Source: an uncultured Acidobacteriota bacterium
GTDB lineage: Bacteria > Acidobacteriota > Terriglobia > Terriglobales > Acidobacteriaceae
Reading direction: 5' to 3'
Length of the DNA stretch: 64,000 nt
Assembly: GCA_963845725.1 (NCBI GenBank)
Contig: CAWJTC010000008.1
Coordinates: 2,159 to 66,158 of the forward strand
A program made the position numbers and the translations under genes. Below the pieces are notes generated by a model. That model ran no database searches. It was not told where the DNA came from and saw only the letters and a program-made list of their open reading frames with translations. This document shows, one piece after another, positions 20,628-28,419 of the stretch. Within the stretch, counting starts at the first letter, position 1, and each line of letters opens with the position of its first letter.

Positions 20628-21971
20628 GTGGATACGCGACTCGCCAATGCGCGTCAACGCCTTCAGGGAATTGTTGGCCGCAATCGCGGTTCCGAAAAAG
20701 TTGGCATCTACGCTGTCTGCTCTGCCCAACCCAGCGTCATCGCCGCCGCCGCCGAACAGGCCGTCGAGGACGGCTCGCTCCTTCTGATCGAGTCGACGTC
20801 GAGCCAGGTGAATCAGTTCGGTGGCTACACCGGACAAACGCCGGATCAGTTTGCGAAATTCGTTGGTTCCGCAGCGGCGCTGGCCGGACTACTCGCTGAA
20901 CGCGTGTTGCTCGGTGGGGATCATCTGGGACCGTACCCGTGGCGAAAGGAAACCTCGGAGGCCGCATTGCAAAAGGCTTGCGAACTGGTTCGCACCTGTG
21001 TATTCGCTGGGTACGCAAAGATTCACCTCGATGCAAGTATGGCGTGCGCTGACGACCCAAAATCCGGACCTGACCAACGCACGATCGCACAGCGGGCGGC
21101 AGTTCTGTGTCGTGCGGCGGAAGCAGCGCATGCTGAACTTTCAGCCGGACCTTCACCGCTTCTTTATGTGATCGGTACCGAGGTTCCCGCTCCCGGCGGA
21201 GAAGGTTCCGGACAGCCGCCCGCAATCACGCTAACTGAAAATGTGGGTCGTACTTTGGAAATGTTCCGGAAGGTATTCGAAGAGCAGGGGCTCGCTCCGG
21301 CTTGGGAGCGAGTGATCGGTATGGTGGTGCAACCGGGAGTGGAGTTCGACGAGAGTGTGATTTTCGATTACAACCGGCAGAACGCCTCAGGACTTTCGTC
21401 CGCCTTGCCCGAGCATCCGGCACTGGTTTACGAAGCGCACTCCACGGATTACCAATCGCCGATCGCTCTCCGCCAAATGGTGGAAGACCACTTCGCGATC
21501 TTGAAAGTAGGGCCATGGCTGACCTTTGCGTTTCGCGAGGCCGTCCTTGCACTCAGCGCCATCGAAGGAGAATTGCTCGCGAAGCGGAAGGGCCTTACAG
21601 TTTCGCGGGTCAAGAAGGCGCTTGAAGCGGCCATGGTACGCAATCCGGCTTATTGGCGTTCCTATTACCACGGGAGTGAAGACGAGCTACGTCTGGCCCG
21701 CCTCTACAGTTACAGCGATCGTTGCCGCTACTATTGGGTGGATGCAACGGTGCAAGAGGAGTTGGCACTCCTGCGGGCCAACCTCGATTCCTGCACGGTT
21801 CCTTCCACGTTGTGGAGTCAGTATCTGCCGTCACAATACGATGCGATCCGTTCGGGACGACCATCAGGGAACGCCGAAGGCGCGATTCGGGAGCACATCA
21901 AGACCGTGCTGCGAGCTTATGCAACTGCCTGCGGCGCGCGTAGTCTCGCCCTTCCCAATCCGCGGCCGTGA
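20628..21971 (+). CDS. GatZ/KbaZ-family protein (tagatose-bisphosphate aldolase accessory subunit or tagatose-6-P 4-epimerase type)
   Basis: Intact 447-aa ORF (GTG start). GIYAVCSAQPSVIAAAAEQA and LLIESTSSQVNQFGGYTG match the family N-terminus as I remember it. Confidence 0.75.
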   Translation: MDTRLANARQRLQGIVGRNRGSEKVGIYAVCSAQPSVIAAAAEQAVEDGSLLLIESTSSQVNQFGGYTGQTPDQFAKFVGSAAALAGLLAERVLLGGDHLGPYPWRKETSEAALQKACELVRTCVFAGYAKIHLDASMACADDPKSGPDQRTIAQRAAVLCRAAEAAHAELSAGPSPLLYVIGTEVPAPGGEGSGQPPAITLTENVGRTLEMFRKVFEEQGLAPAWERVIGMVVQPGVEFDESVIFDYNRQNASGLSSALPEHPALVYEAHSTDYQSPIALRQMVEDHFAILKVGPWLTFAFREAVLALSAIEGELLAKRKGLTVSRVKKALEAAMVRNPAYWRSYYHGSEDELRLARLYSYSDRCRYYWVDATVQEELALLRANLDSCTVPSTLWSQYLPSQYDAIRSGRPSGNAEGAIREHIKTVLRAYATACGARSLALPNPRP

Positions 21972-22006
21972 TAGGCTGTTCGTTTTGAACGCGCTTCAAG
22001 AGCTTG

Positions 22007-22163
22007 CATGAATCGCCCCATCAGCATTTTCGGTTCGCGATACGTGGGCACGGTCACGGCAGCCTGCTTGGCACATCAGGGCAACCGGGTGATCAATCTG
22101 GTGAATATTGAAAAAGCCAACCGTCTCGATACCGTGGCCCAATACGAAGGCATCTGCTGGTAG
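22007..22163 (+). pseudogene. Remnant of the N-terminus of a UDP-glucose/GDP-mannose dehydrogenase (about 50 codons, frameshifted, rest deleted)
   Basis: ATG AAT CGC CCC at 22007, then a 1-nt shift. Frame 22017-22163 reads PFSIFGSRYVGTVTAACLAHQGNRVINLVNIEKANRL, a Rossmann GxGxxG region with the second Gly replaced. The stop lies 5 nt before the next gene. Confidence 0.55.
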
Positions 22164-22168
22164 CGGCG

Positions 22169-23404
22169 ATGAAGATTCTTTGGGTCAAGGCTGGCGGGCT
22201 GGTTCCTCCGGATACGGGCGGCAAGATCAGGAGCTACCAGATTTTGCGGGAACTGGCACGTGACCATGCCGTCACTTTGTTTTCGTTCTACGGCCGGCAT
22301 GCGAATGATTCTCACTCGCAGCTAACAGAAGTTTTCGAACGCGTGGTAACGATTCCGTTGGATCTGCCGCACCCCAAGAGTTTCGGCGAACTCTGCGACT
22401 ACAGCCTTCTCATGTTTACGAGAGAACCGTATAACATCTCAAAATATTGTCGTCCAAGAGTGCGTCGGGCTTTGGGGCAACTGCTGGGACGGGAAAAGTT
22501 CGACGTGATTGTCTGTGATTTCGTAATCGCAGCGGGGGCTATTCCGTGGGAGGTTCCCACGCCCAAGGTTTTGTTCACCCACAATGTGGAATCCATGATT
22601 TGGAAGCAGCACTATCAGTTGTCGCGAAGCCTTTTGTGGAAGTTGCTTTCCTGGCGTGAGTGGCAGACCATGCAGACCGCAGAGCGCAAATACTTGGGTG
22701 CGGCGGATCACGTGCTGACGGTTTCCGAGGATGATCGACGATTCTTCGCCCGATTTGCCGACCCCTCCAAGCTAAGTGTGGTTCCGACGGGCGTGGACAA
22801 TGAGTTCTTCTCGCCCGTTGAACAATCGGAGACGGCGAACAGCCTGGTATTTACCGGATCGATGGATTGGCTGCCCAACGAAGACGGGATGATTTACTTC
22901 ATCAAAGAGATCCTTCCGCTGATTCGGCGAGAGCTACCTGAGGTTTCTCTTACTATTGTGGGGCGAAATCCTTCGAAGCAATTGAAAGACCTCGCGGCCC
23001 GCACCGCCAATGTCCAAGTGACCGGATGGGTGGAAGACGTTCGTCCTTTTCTATCTCAAGCAGCGGTGTGTGTGGTCCCTTTGAGGATTGGAGGTGGTAC
23101 GCGGCTGAAGATTTTTGAGGCGATGAGCATGGGTAAGGCTGTCGTTTCCACGACGATCGGAGCGGAAGGTCTGCCAGTGCATCCGGAAGAGCATTTGATG
23201 ACCGCTGATGAGCCGGAGCAGTTTGCGACAATCACGGTCGCGCTCCTTCGCGATCCGGCCCGTCGATGCTCCATGGGCCTGGCGGCTCGTGAACTGGTAG
23301 TCAAGAATTACAGTTGGACGAAGGTCGCAAAACAGTTTGCGGACATCCTGGGTGAGCTAGTCGCAAAATCGGGTCAAAGCCGAAGACTGAAAGCAGCAAC
23401 ATGA
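22169..23404 (+). CDS. GT-B glycosyltransferase (family 4-like)
   Basis: Intact 411-aa ORF. C-terminal RIGGGTRLKIFEAMSMGKAVVSTTIGAEGL is typical of the GT4 nucleotide-sugar binding region. Confidence 0.8.
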   Translation: MKILWVKAGGLVPPDTGGKIRSYQILRELARDHAVTLFSFYGRHANDSHSQLTEVFERVVTIPLDLPHPKSFGELCDYSLLMFTREPYNISKYCRPRVRRALGQLLGREKFDVIVCDFVIAAGAIPWEVPTPKVLFTHNVESMIWKQHYQLSRSLLWKLLSWREWQTMQTAERKYLGAADHVLTVSEDDRRFFARFADPSKLSVVPTGVDNEFFSPVEQSETANSLVFTGSMDWLPNEDGMIYFIKEILPLIRRELPEVSLTIVGRNPSKQLKDLAARTANVQVTGWVEDVRPFLSQAAVCVVPLRIGGGTRLKIFEAMSMGKAVVSTTIGAEGLPVHPEEHLMTADEPEQFATITVALLRDPARRCSMGLAARELVVKNYSWTKVAKQFADILGELVAKSGQSRRLKAAT

Positions 23405-24447
23405 GAGTTCTACTGCTTGGCCCGTATCCGCCTCCGCATGGAGGAGTGGAAACTCATGTGGTGGCGCTGCGGCGGTTTCTGCTCGGGCACGAAATTCCCT
23501 GCGCGATCATCAATATTACGCGGCATCGAAAAAAGGAAGCAGATGAGATTTACTATCCGAGAAACGCGATTGCCCTGATCAGACGGCTGCTCGGTCTTCG
23601 CGACGACATTCTTCACCTTCACGTCGGCGGGATGCTCAGCCGGAGAGTATTGCGTCTAGGACTGCTTTGCACTCTGTTGCCTGGCAAGAAAACGGTCTTC
23701 ACCTTTCATTCCGGTGGCTATGCTTCCCTGCCCGAGGCGAAGGCTCTGACTTCGCGTTCTTTGGCTGGCCTGGTTTTTCGACGCTTCGACCGCCTGATCG
23801 GTGTGAACCAGCAGATCGTGAATTTTTTCCATCAATTAGGTGTGTCTCGGGAGCGAACGCGTTTGATTGCGCCCCACGCTTTTTTCGACGACGAGGTTAA
23901 CAACGGAGAGCTGCCAGAGGCGCTGTGCACGTTTTTTTCTGACCATCAGCCTGTATTGATTTCGGTCGGGCAATTGGAACCTGAGTACGACCTTCCGAGA
24001 CAGATCGATGTGATGGGGCCTGTCCGCGATAAATTCCCCAATGCGGGCTTACTGCTGCTCGGGCGTGGCACCCTGGAGAACGACCTTCGCCAGAGCATTG
24101 CCGGAAAGCCCTTTGCGAAAGACATTCTGCTATGCGGCGATGTCGCGCACGCACTTGCACTGACGGCCATCGCCCGGGCCGATGTCATGTTGCGCACGAC
24201 TCTTTACGATGGCGACGCCATCTCGGTGAGGGAAGCGCTTCATCTTGGAACGCCGGTGGTGGCGACAGACAACGGTATGCGTCCAACTGGAGTGCAACTC
24301 GTGGAGGGGGCCAGCGTCGAAGCGCTGCTTGCAGCCGTGGAGCGGACACTGCGAAGTTCTGAGGCAAACGCTGAGAAGAAAGTGCCGCTCCCTGACGAGA
24401 GCAATTTGGAAGCGGTCTTGCGAGTTTACGGGGAATTGTTAACGTAG
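23401..24447 (+). CDS. GT-B glycosyltransferase (family 4-like)
   Basis: Intact 348-aa ORF. Its ATGA overlaps the stop of the preceding gene. MRVLLLGPYPPPHGGVETHV plus SVREALHLGTPVVATDNG. Confidence 0.75.
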   Translation: MRVLLLGPYPPPHGGVETHVVALRRFLLGHEIPCAIINITRHRKKEADEIYYPRNAIALIRRLLGLRDDILHLHVGGMLSRRVLRLGLLCTLLPGKKTVFTFHSGGYASLPEAKALTSRSLAGLVFRRFDRLIGVNQQIVNFFHQLGVSRERTRLIAPHAFFDDEVNNGELPEALCTFFSDHQPVLISVGQLEPEYDLPRQIDVMGPVRDKFPNAGLLLLGRGTLENDLRQSIAGKPFAKDILLCGDVAHALALTAIARADVMLRTTLYDGDAISVREALHLGTPVVATDNGMRPTGVQLVEGASVEALLAAVERTLRSSEANAEKKVPLPDESNLEAVLRVYGELLT

Positions 24448-24448
24448 T

Positions 24449-25822
24449 TCACTGCGCGCCCCGGCCCAACATGACGATCTTGATGGTTTGAACCATGATC
24501 AACAGGTCCAGCCCAATGGACCCATTCTTGATGTAGAAAAGATCGTACTGGAGTTTCTCTTTGGCGTCTTCCAGAGTATTGCCGTACTTATAGCGAATCT
24601 GCGCCCAGCCGGTGATCCCTGGCCTCACCGCATGGCGTACCGGGTAATAGGGAATTTCCTTGGTCAGCCACTCCACAAACTCCGGACGCTCCGGGCGCGG
24701 CCCCACGAAGGCCATATCTCCTTTCAACACGCACCAGAGTTGGGGAATTTCATCAAGCCGCGAAATGCGGAGGGCTTTGCCGATGCGAGTGATGCGGGGA
24801 TCATCATTGTCTGCCCAAGTGGGGCCGGTATCGGCTTCGGCGTCGCGGCGCATGGTGCGGAATTTATAACAATAAAAAATCGCACCGCCTCGACCCATGC
24901 GCTTCTGGCGATAAAGTACTGGCCCGGGCGAATCCAGCTTGATGGCCAGAATCACGAAAGGAACGATGGGCAGCAGGGCCAGCAAAAGGAATGCCGAAAC
25001 CAGGATTGACAACAGCCGCCTCACGAGTACGAATCCCGTGCTGAAGCGGAAGCCCTCGGTGAATATCAGCCAACTGGGATAGAGTTGCTCGACTTCGATC
25101 CGGCCTGACATTCTCTCCAGCCAGGTGGTGGCTTCCTCCACTTTGATGCCCTTGACCCGGAGTTGCAGCAGTTCCCGCACGGGAAGCGTGCCCCGCCGGT
25201 CGGTCATGGCAACGATAACGCGATGAACGTGCTCATGCTGCACCTGCTCCATCAAGTGTGAGGCAACCGCATCGCGAGTGGTGGCGCCTTCCATCGCTCC
25301 GCTCCACCCCACAATTTCGACCCCCAGTTCAGAGCGGCTGCGCAGACCGTTCACCAGGCGCTGCGCTCGCTCGCCCGTACCCAGGACGTAGACTCGCTCG
25401 CGAAAATAGGGTTGTTGCACCAGCCAGCCATAGGCCGCCCGCCAGGCAAATAGTCCAAGGGTTAGAATCACCAGCCCGGCCAGCGCGGCGTTGTTGCCGG
25501 GTAGAAGCGATGGGAAGACATAGCTTACTCCGGCCAGGATAAAAGCCAGCAGGCCGGGCACCAGCAGCAGCCTGAAATAGAGTTCTCCCTTTTCATCGAA
25601 GCGCGTGGGGTCATAAAGATCGAACCAATAGGAAAAAAAAAGGACGAGCAGCGTCACCAGCAAAATCTTGAAATATCCGCCTTCGTAATTCAGGGCCACA
25701 TAGAGGTCGTCGCGGTGCTGGAGAACCATCCCCAAGAAAAAGGAGGAGCAGACGATCAGCGCCTCGCCTGCCATCAGAACGAGCGTGCGAACCGGGTAAT
25801 GAACGTTGAACAGCCGAATCAC
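24449..25822 (-). CDS. Polyprenyl-phosphate glycosyl-1-phosphate transferase (EPS priming enzyme, EpsB/WcaJ-like)
   Basis: Intact 457-aa ORF with N-terminal TM helices. Bacterial sugar transferase domain PGPVLYRQKRMGRGGAIFYCYKFRTM...DEIPQLWCVLKGDMAFVGPRP. Confidence 0.85.
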   Translation of the reverse strand: MIRLFNVHYPVRTLVLMAGEALIVCSSFFLGMVLQHRDDLYVALNYEGGYFKILLVTLLVLFFSYWFDLYDPTRFDEKGELYFRLLLVPGLLAFILAGVSYVFPSLLPGNNAALAGLVILTLGLFAWRAAYGWLVQQPYFRERVYVLGTGERAQRLVNGLRSRSELGVEIVGWSGAMEGATTRDAVASHLMEQVQHEHVHRVIVAMTDRRGTLPVRELLQLRVKGIKVEEATTWLERMSGRIEVEQLYPSWLIFTEGFRFSTGFVLVRRLLSILVSAFLLLALLPIVPFVILAIKLDSPGPVLYRQKRMGRGGAIFYCYKFRTMRRDAEADTGPTWADNDDPRITRIGKALRISRLDEIPQLWCVLKGDMAFVGPRPERPEFVEWLTKEIPYYPVRHAVRPGITGWAQIRYKYGNTLEDAKEKLQYDLFYIKNGSIGLDLLIMVQTIKIVMLGRGAQ

Positions 25823-25871
25823 GCTCTACCTCTTGAACCCTTCTCCGGGCGGCAGTTGCCGCATGAACTTT

Positions 25872-27365
25872 CTAGTCAAGCCGGATCGGGCGGGAATGCC
25901 AATTCAGGCCAATCGCACCAACATATTGCCGCGCCTCGATATTGCATGGCGCCGTGGTACACACTGTGCTGTTAAACAACTGGTTGTCGAACTGAAAGCT
26001 CAGGAAGAAATCAAAATAATGGCCTAGAGGACGTTGCGCCACCGCCCCGGCATACACGTACTGGAACGAATTGGTGGAGGGCGGGAGGACTCCTGACACG
26101 AAGCCAGGCTCAATCTGGTCATTGTGCGAATAACCGACATCCGCCGACCCTGTCCACACCCTGGTCAAAGGCCGGGAAACGGAAAAGCGCACAATGTCGC
26201 TGGTCGCGCCCAGGAAAAAGCCGGATCCACCGGTGTTGTAACGGTCATAAGATAATGCCAGCGCAGTTCGCGGAAAGCGGTAACGCAAGGAGGCATGCGC
26301 GCTGGCAGTGATAATTTGCTTCGAACCGCCAAACAATGGAGAGTTATTAATCACCGTCACTTGTGGACCAGCGCCCAGCGTCAGATCCAGTCTGCCAGAA
26401 ATGCGGTGGCCATACATGAAAGTTCCAACATGGGTAATGAACGAACTGCCTGGAATATTCGGGTATTGAAATTGCTGGAATCCGTATACGAAGGCAATCT
26501 GGGTTTTGCCGGTGACTTGATAGTTGTATCCCGCCTGCGCAGTGATCTGGTTGCTGTTAATGAAGCCGGCGGAGTTGTCGGTGAAGTGAATCAGCCCGTA
26601 TCCGCCGGCCAGCGTGATCGATGATCGCTTGCTCAGACTCTGGTCGAGGTCGACGATCGACAAATTGTCAATCCGGGATTGCTGGCCGACAGAGCCAAAC
26701 TCAGCAAGCGTGAAAATGCCCCCCAATCCCGTGCCCAATTCCTCACCCTCAAAATTAAGAGGACCGAGACCCAATGTGGAGGCGCCTGATTCTCCGTATA
26801 CGCCGAATCCGAACGACCCTTGGGGCAGATAGCTGAGCTGATCGCGAAAAGTGAGTTGCCCGCTTCTCCACATCAGCTTTTGTTCGCCGTCGAACTGATG
26901 AATCTGACTGATGCTGGGATCTTGCGACGGGTAGTAGATAACGCCGCCCACGTAATCGAAAGCGGTTAGCGAATGGCTGCTTACCTTTTGCAGCATGATG
27001 CTGCCCAAGGCACGGGTCACCCCCACAAGTCCGGAACTTACCACGTTGTTACCCACGTTCGAGTCCAGCGCTTCGCTGACGTGCGCACCCAGCATGAGGA
27101 AACTGCGGGCCGGAATGAAGGGCCCAAGTGGAGGTTGATCCAGTCCGGAAATCGGATAATTGTTAGTATCCGCCGGCGGCGGCGTCGAAATCGTGCCCTG
27201 CGCCTGACCCGTTGCAGAAGCAGGTGGATTCTGCGGGACATTGGCAGGACTCTGATTCTGCCCGCTGTCGTTCTGCGCCCAACTCGTGGCCAGCGCGAGC
27301 ATGACGACTACGAGGACACGAATCCCCGGTTGCCGCTTCGACCCGGTTCTATTAGGGAACGACAA
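25872..27365 (-). CDS. Outer-membrane beta-barrel protein of the EPS export operon
   Basis: Intact 497-aa ORF with a signal peptide and a Gln/Pro-rich linker. The body has alternating beta-strand character. Its start overlaps the Wza-like gene by 14 nt. Confidence 0.6.
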   Translation of the reverse strand: MSFPNRTGSKRQPGIRVLVVVMLALATSWAQNDSGQNQSPANVPQNPPASATGQAQGTISTPPPADTNNYPISGLDQPPLGPFIPARSFLMLGAHVSEALDSNVGNNVVSSGLVGVTRALGSIMLQKVSSHSLTAFDYVGGVIYYPSQDPSISQIHQFDGEQKLMWRSGQLTFRDQLSYLPQGSFGFGVYGESGASTLGLGPLNFEGEELGTGLGGIFTLAEFGSVGQQSRIDNLSIVDLDQSLSKRSSITLAGGYGLIHFTDNSAGFINSNQITAQAGYNYQVTGKTQIAFVYGFQQFQYPNIPGSSFITHVGTFMYGHRISGRLDLTLGAGPQVTVINNSPLFGGSKQIITASAHASLRYRFPRTALALSYDRYNTGGSGFFLGATSDIVRFSVSRPLTRVWTGSADVGYSHNDQIEPGFVSGVLPPSTNSFQYVYAGAVAQRPLGHYFDFFLSFQFDNQLFNSTVCTTAPCNIEARQYVGAIGLNWHSRPIRLD

Positions 27366-27966
27366 TGGTATCTCCTGGCTTGAGGGCGACGTCCCGGCCG
27401 CCGGGCTCGCCCTTCACAAGCCGCTTGTAGTTGACCGGAATCCGCTGCTCCGTTCCGCTTTCAGTGCGCAGAATATAGATGTGCTTGGTGTTGGCGAACT
27501 GCGTGAAGCCTGCGTCAGCTAGTGCCTGCAGTACGGTCATCCCGGGCTGCAATTGCAGCGCGCCAGTGTGCTGAACTTCTCCGGTGACGTAAATTTTCTT
27601 GCTGTTAATTTCCTTCACGACCACGGTGACACGCGGATCGCCGACGTACTTTCTCAGTTTCTCGGTGATGGCTGCCGCCAGTTGCATCGGTGTTAATCCT
27701 GCGGCTTGCACATCGTTCAGCAAGGGGAGAGAGATGCTGCCATCTGGCCGGACCGGCAGTGTGCTGGTGAGGTCGGGCTCCTTCCAGACCGAAACCATAA
27801 GCACATCATCCGGACCAATGACGTAACTCGATCCCGTAACGGGCGCAGACACACTTGACTGGGCCGGGGGCGGGCCTGGCTTATGGTTTGCCTGGGATGA
27901 ATTCCGCGCAGCCGCAAACTCCAGCAGCACCAACACCATTGCGAGCATCAGCCTCATTCTTATCAT
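27352..27966 (-). CDS. Polysaccharide export protein (Wza/EpsE-like, Poly_export + SLBB)
   Basis: Intact 204-aa ORF. YVIGPDDVLMVSVWKEPDLT...PVRPDGSISLPLLNDVQAAGLTPMQL is the classic Poly_export motif. Confidence 0.85.
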   Translation of the reverse strand: MIRMRLMLAMVLVLLEFAAARNSSQANHKPGPPPAQSSVSAPVTGSSYVIGPDDVLMVSVWKEPDLTSTLPVRPDGSISLPLLNDVQAAGLTPMQLAAAITEKLRKYVGDPRVTVVVKEINSKKIYVTGEVQHTGALQLQPGMTVLQALADAGFTQFANTKHIYILRTESGTEQRIPVNYKRLVKGEPGGRDVALKPGDTIVVP

Positions 27967-28015
27967 CGGTTACAGGCCAAGCATTTCCCGCCCTCGCGCG
28001 CCTGCGATGAAAACC

Positions 28016-28030
28016 GCAAGAAGCAGGCCA
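28016..28030 (-). promoter_or_regulatory. Candidate sigma-54 (-24/-12) promoter for the wza-like/EPS export operon
   Basis: The minus strand reads TGGCCTGCTTCTTGC. GG and GC are exactly 12 nt apart, as in the consensus TGGCAC-N5-TTGC. It lies about 50 nt upstream of the ATG at 27966. Two mismatches in the -24 hexamer. Confidence 0.35.
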
Positions 28031-28419
28031 CGCAAGGCTTTTCGGGGCACACATACCCTACAGCAAAGAGGTCAAAAGAAAAACGTTTTTCTCGAAGCGT
28101 TGCGAAGAAACATGGTGTCACATGCAGGACAAATATTCTATATACAGAATGCGCTTCTGGTTAGTCCTGTTCGTTCGATACGAGAGGTGCGCTCAAGCCA
28201 TGATAGCGCAGGTTTAAGCCTCGGGCCGCAACTCAATGAGTTGCCTGGAATTGCTCGAGACCCGCCAAGGGAGGCCCATCCCCGATGGGTATAACAATCA
28301 GATGTTGACCCGCCGTGGCTGACGGCAGTAAGATTCGCCTCGGTAAGAGCCGGGCTTGCGCTCCTCCCCGATGTCGCGCAGGCAGTCTACGGCAGCAGCC
28401 GTTCGCACAAACGCCACTT

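Noticed and set aside
28305-28334. Sigma-70-like promoter guess TTGACC-N18-TAAGAT upstream of the GAF-adaptor gene
   Set aside because: The -10 element is weak and the spacer is 18 nt. Promoter consensus in this phylum is uncertain, so it is not strong enough to list as a feature.
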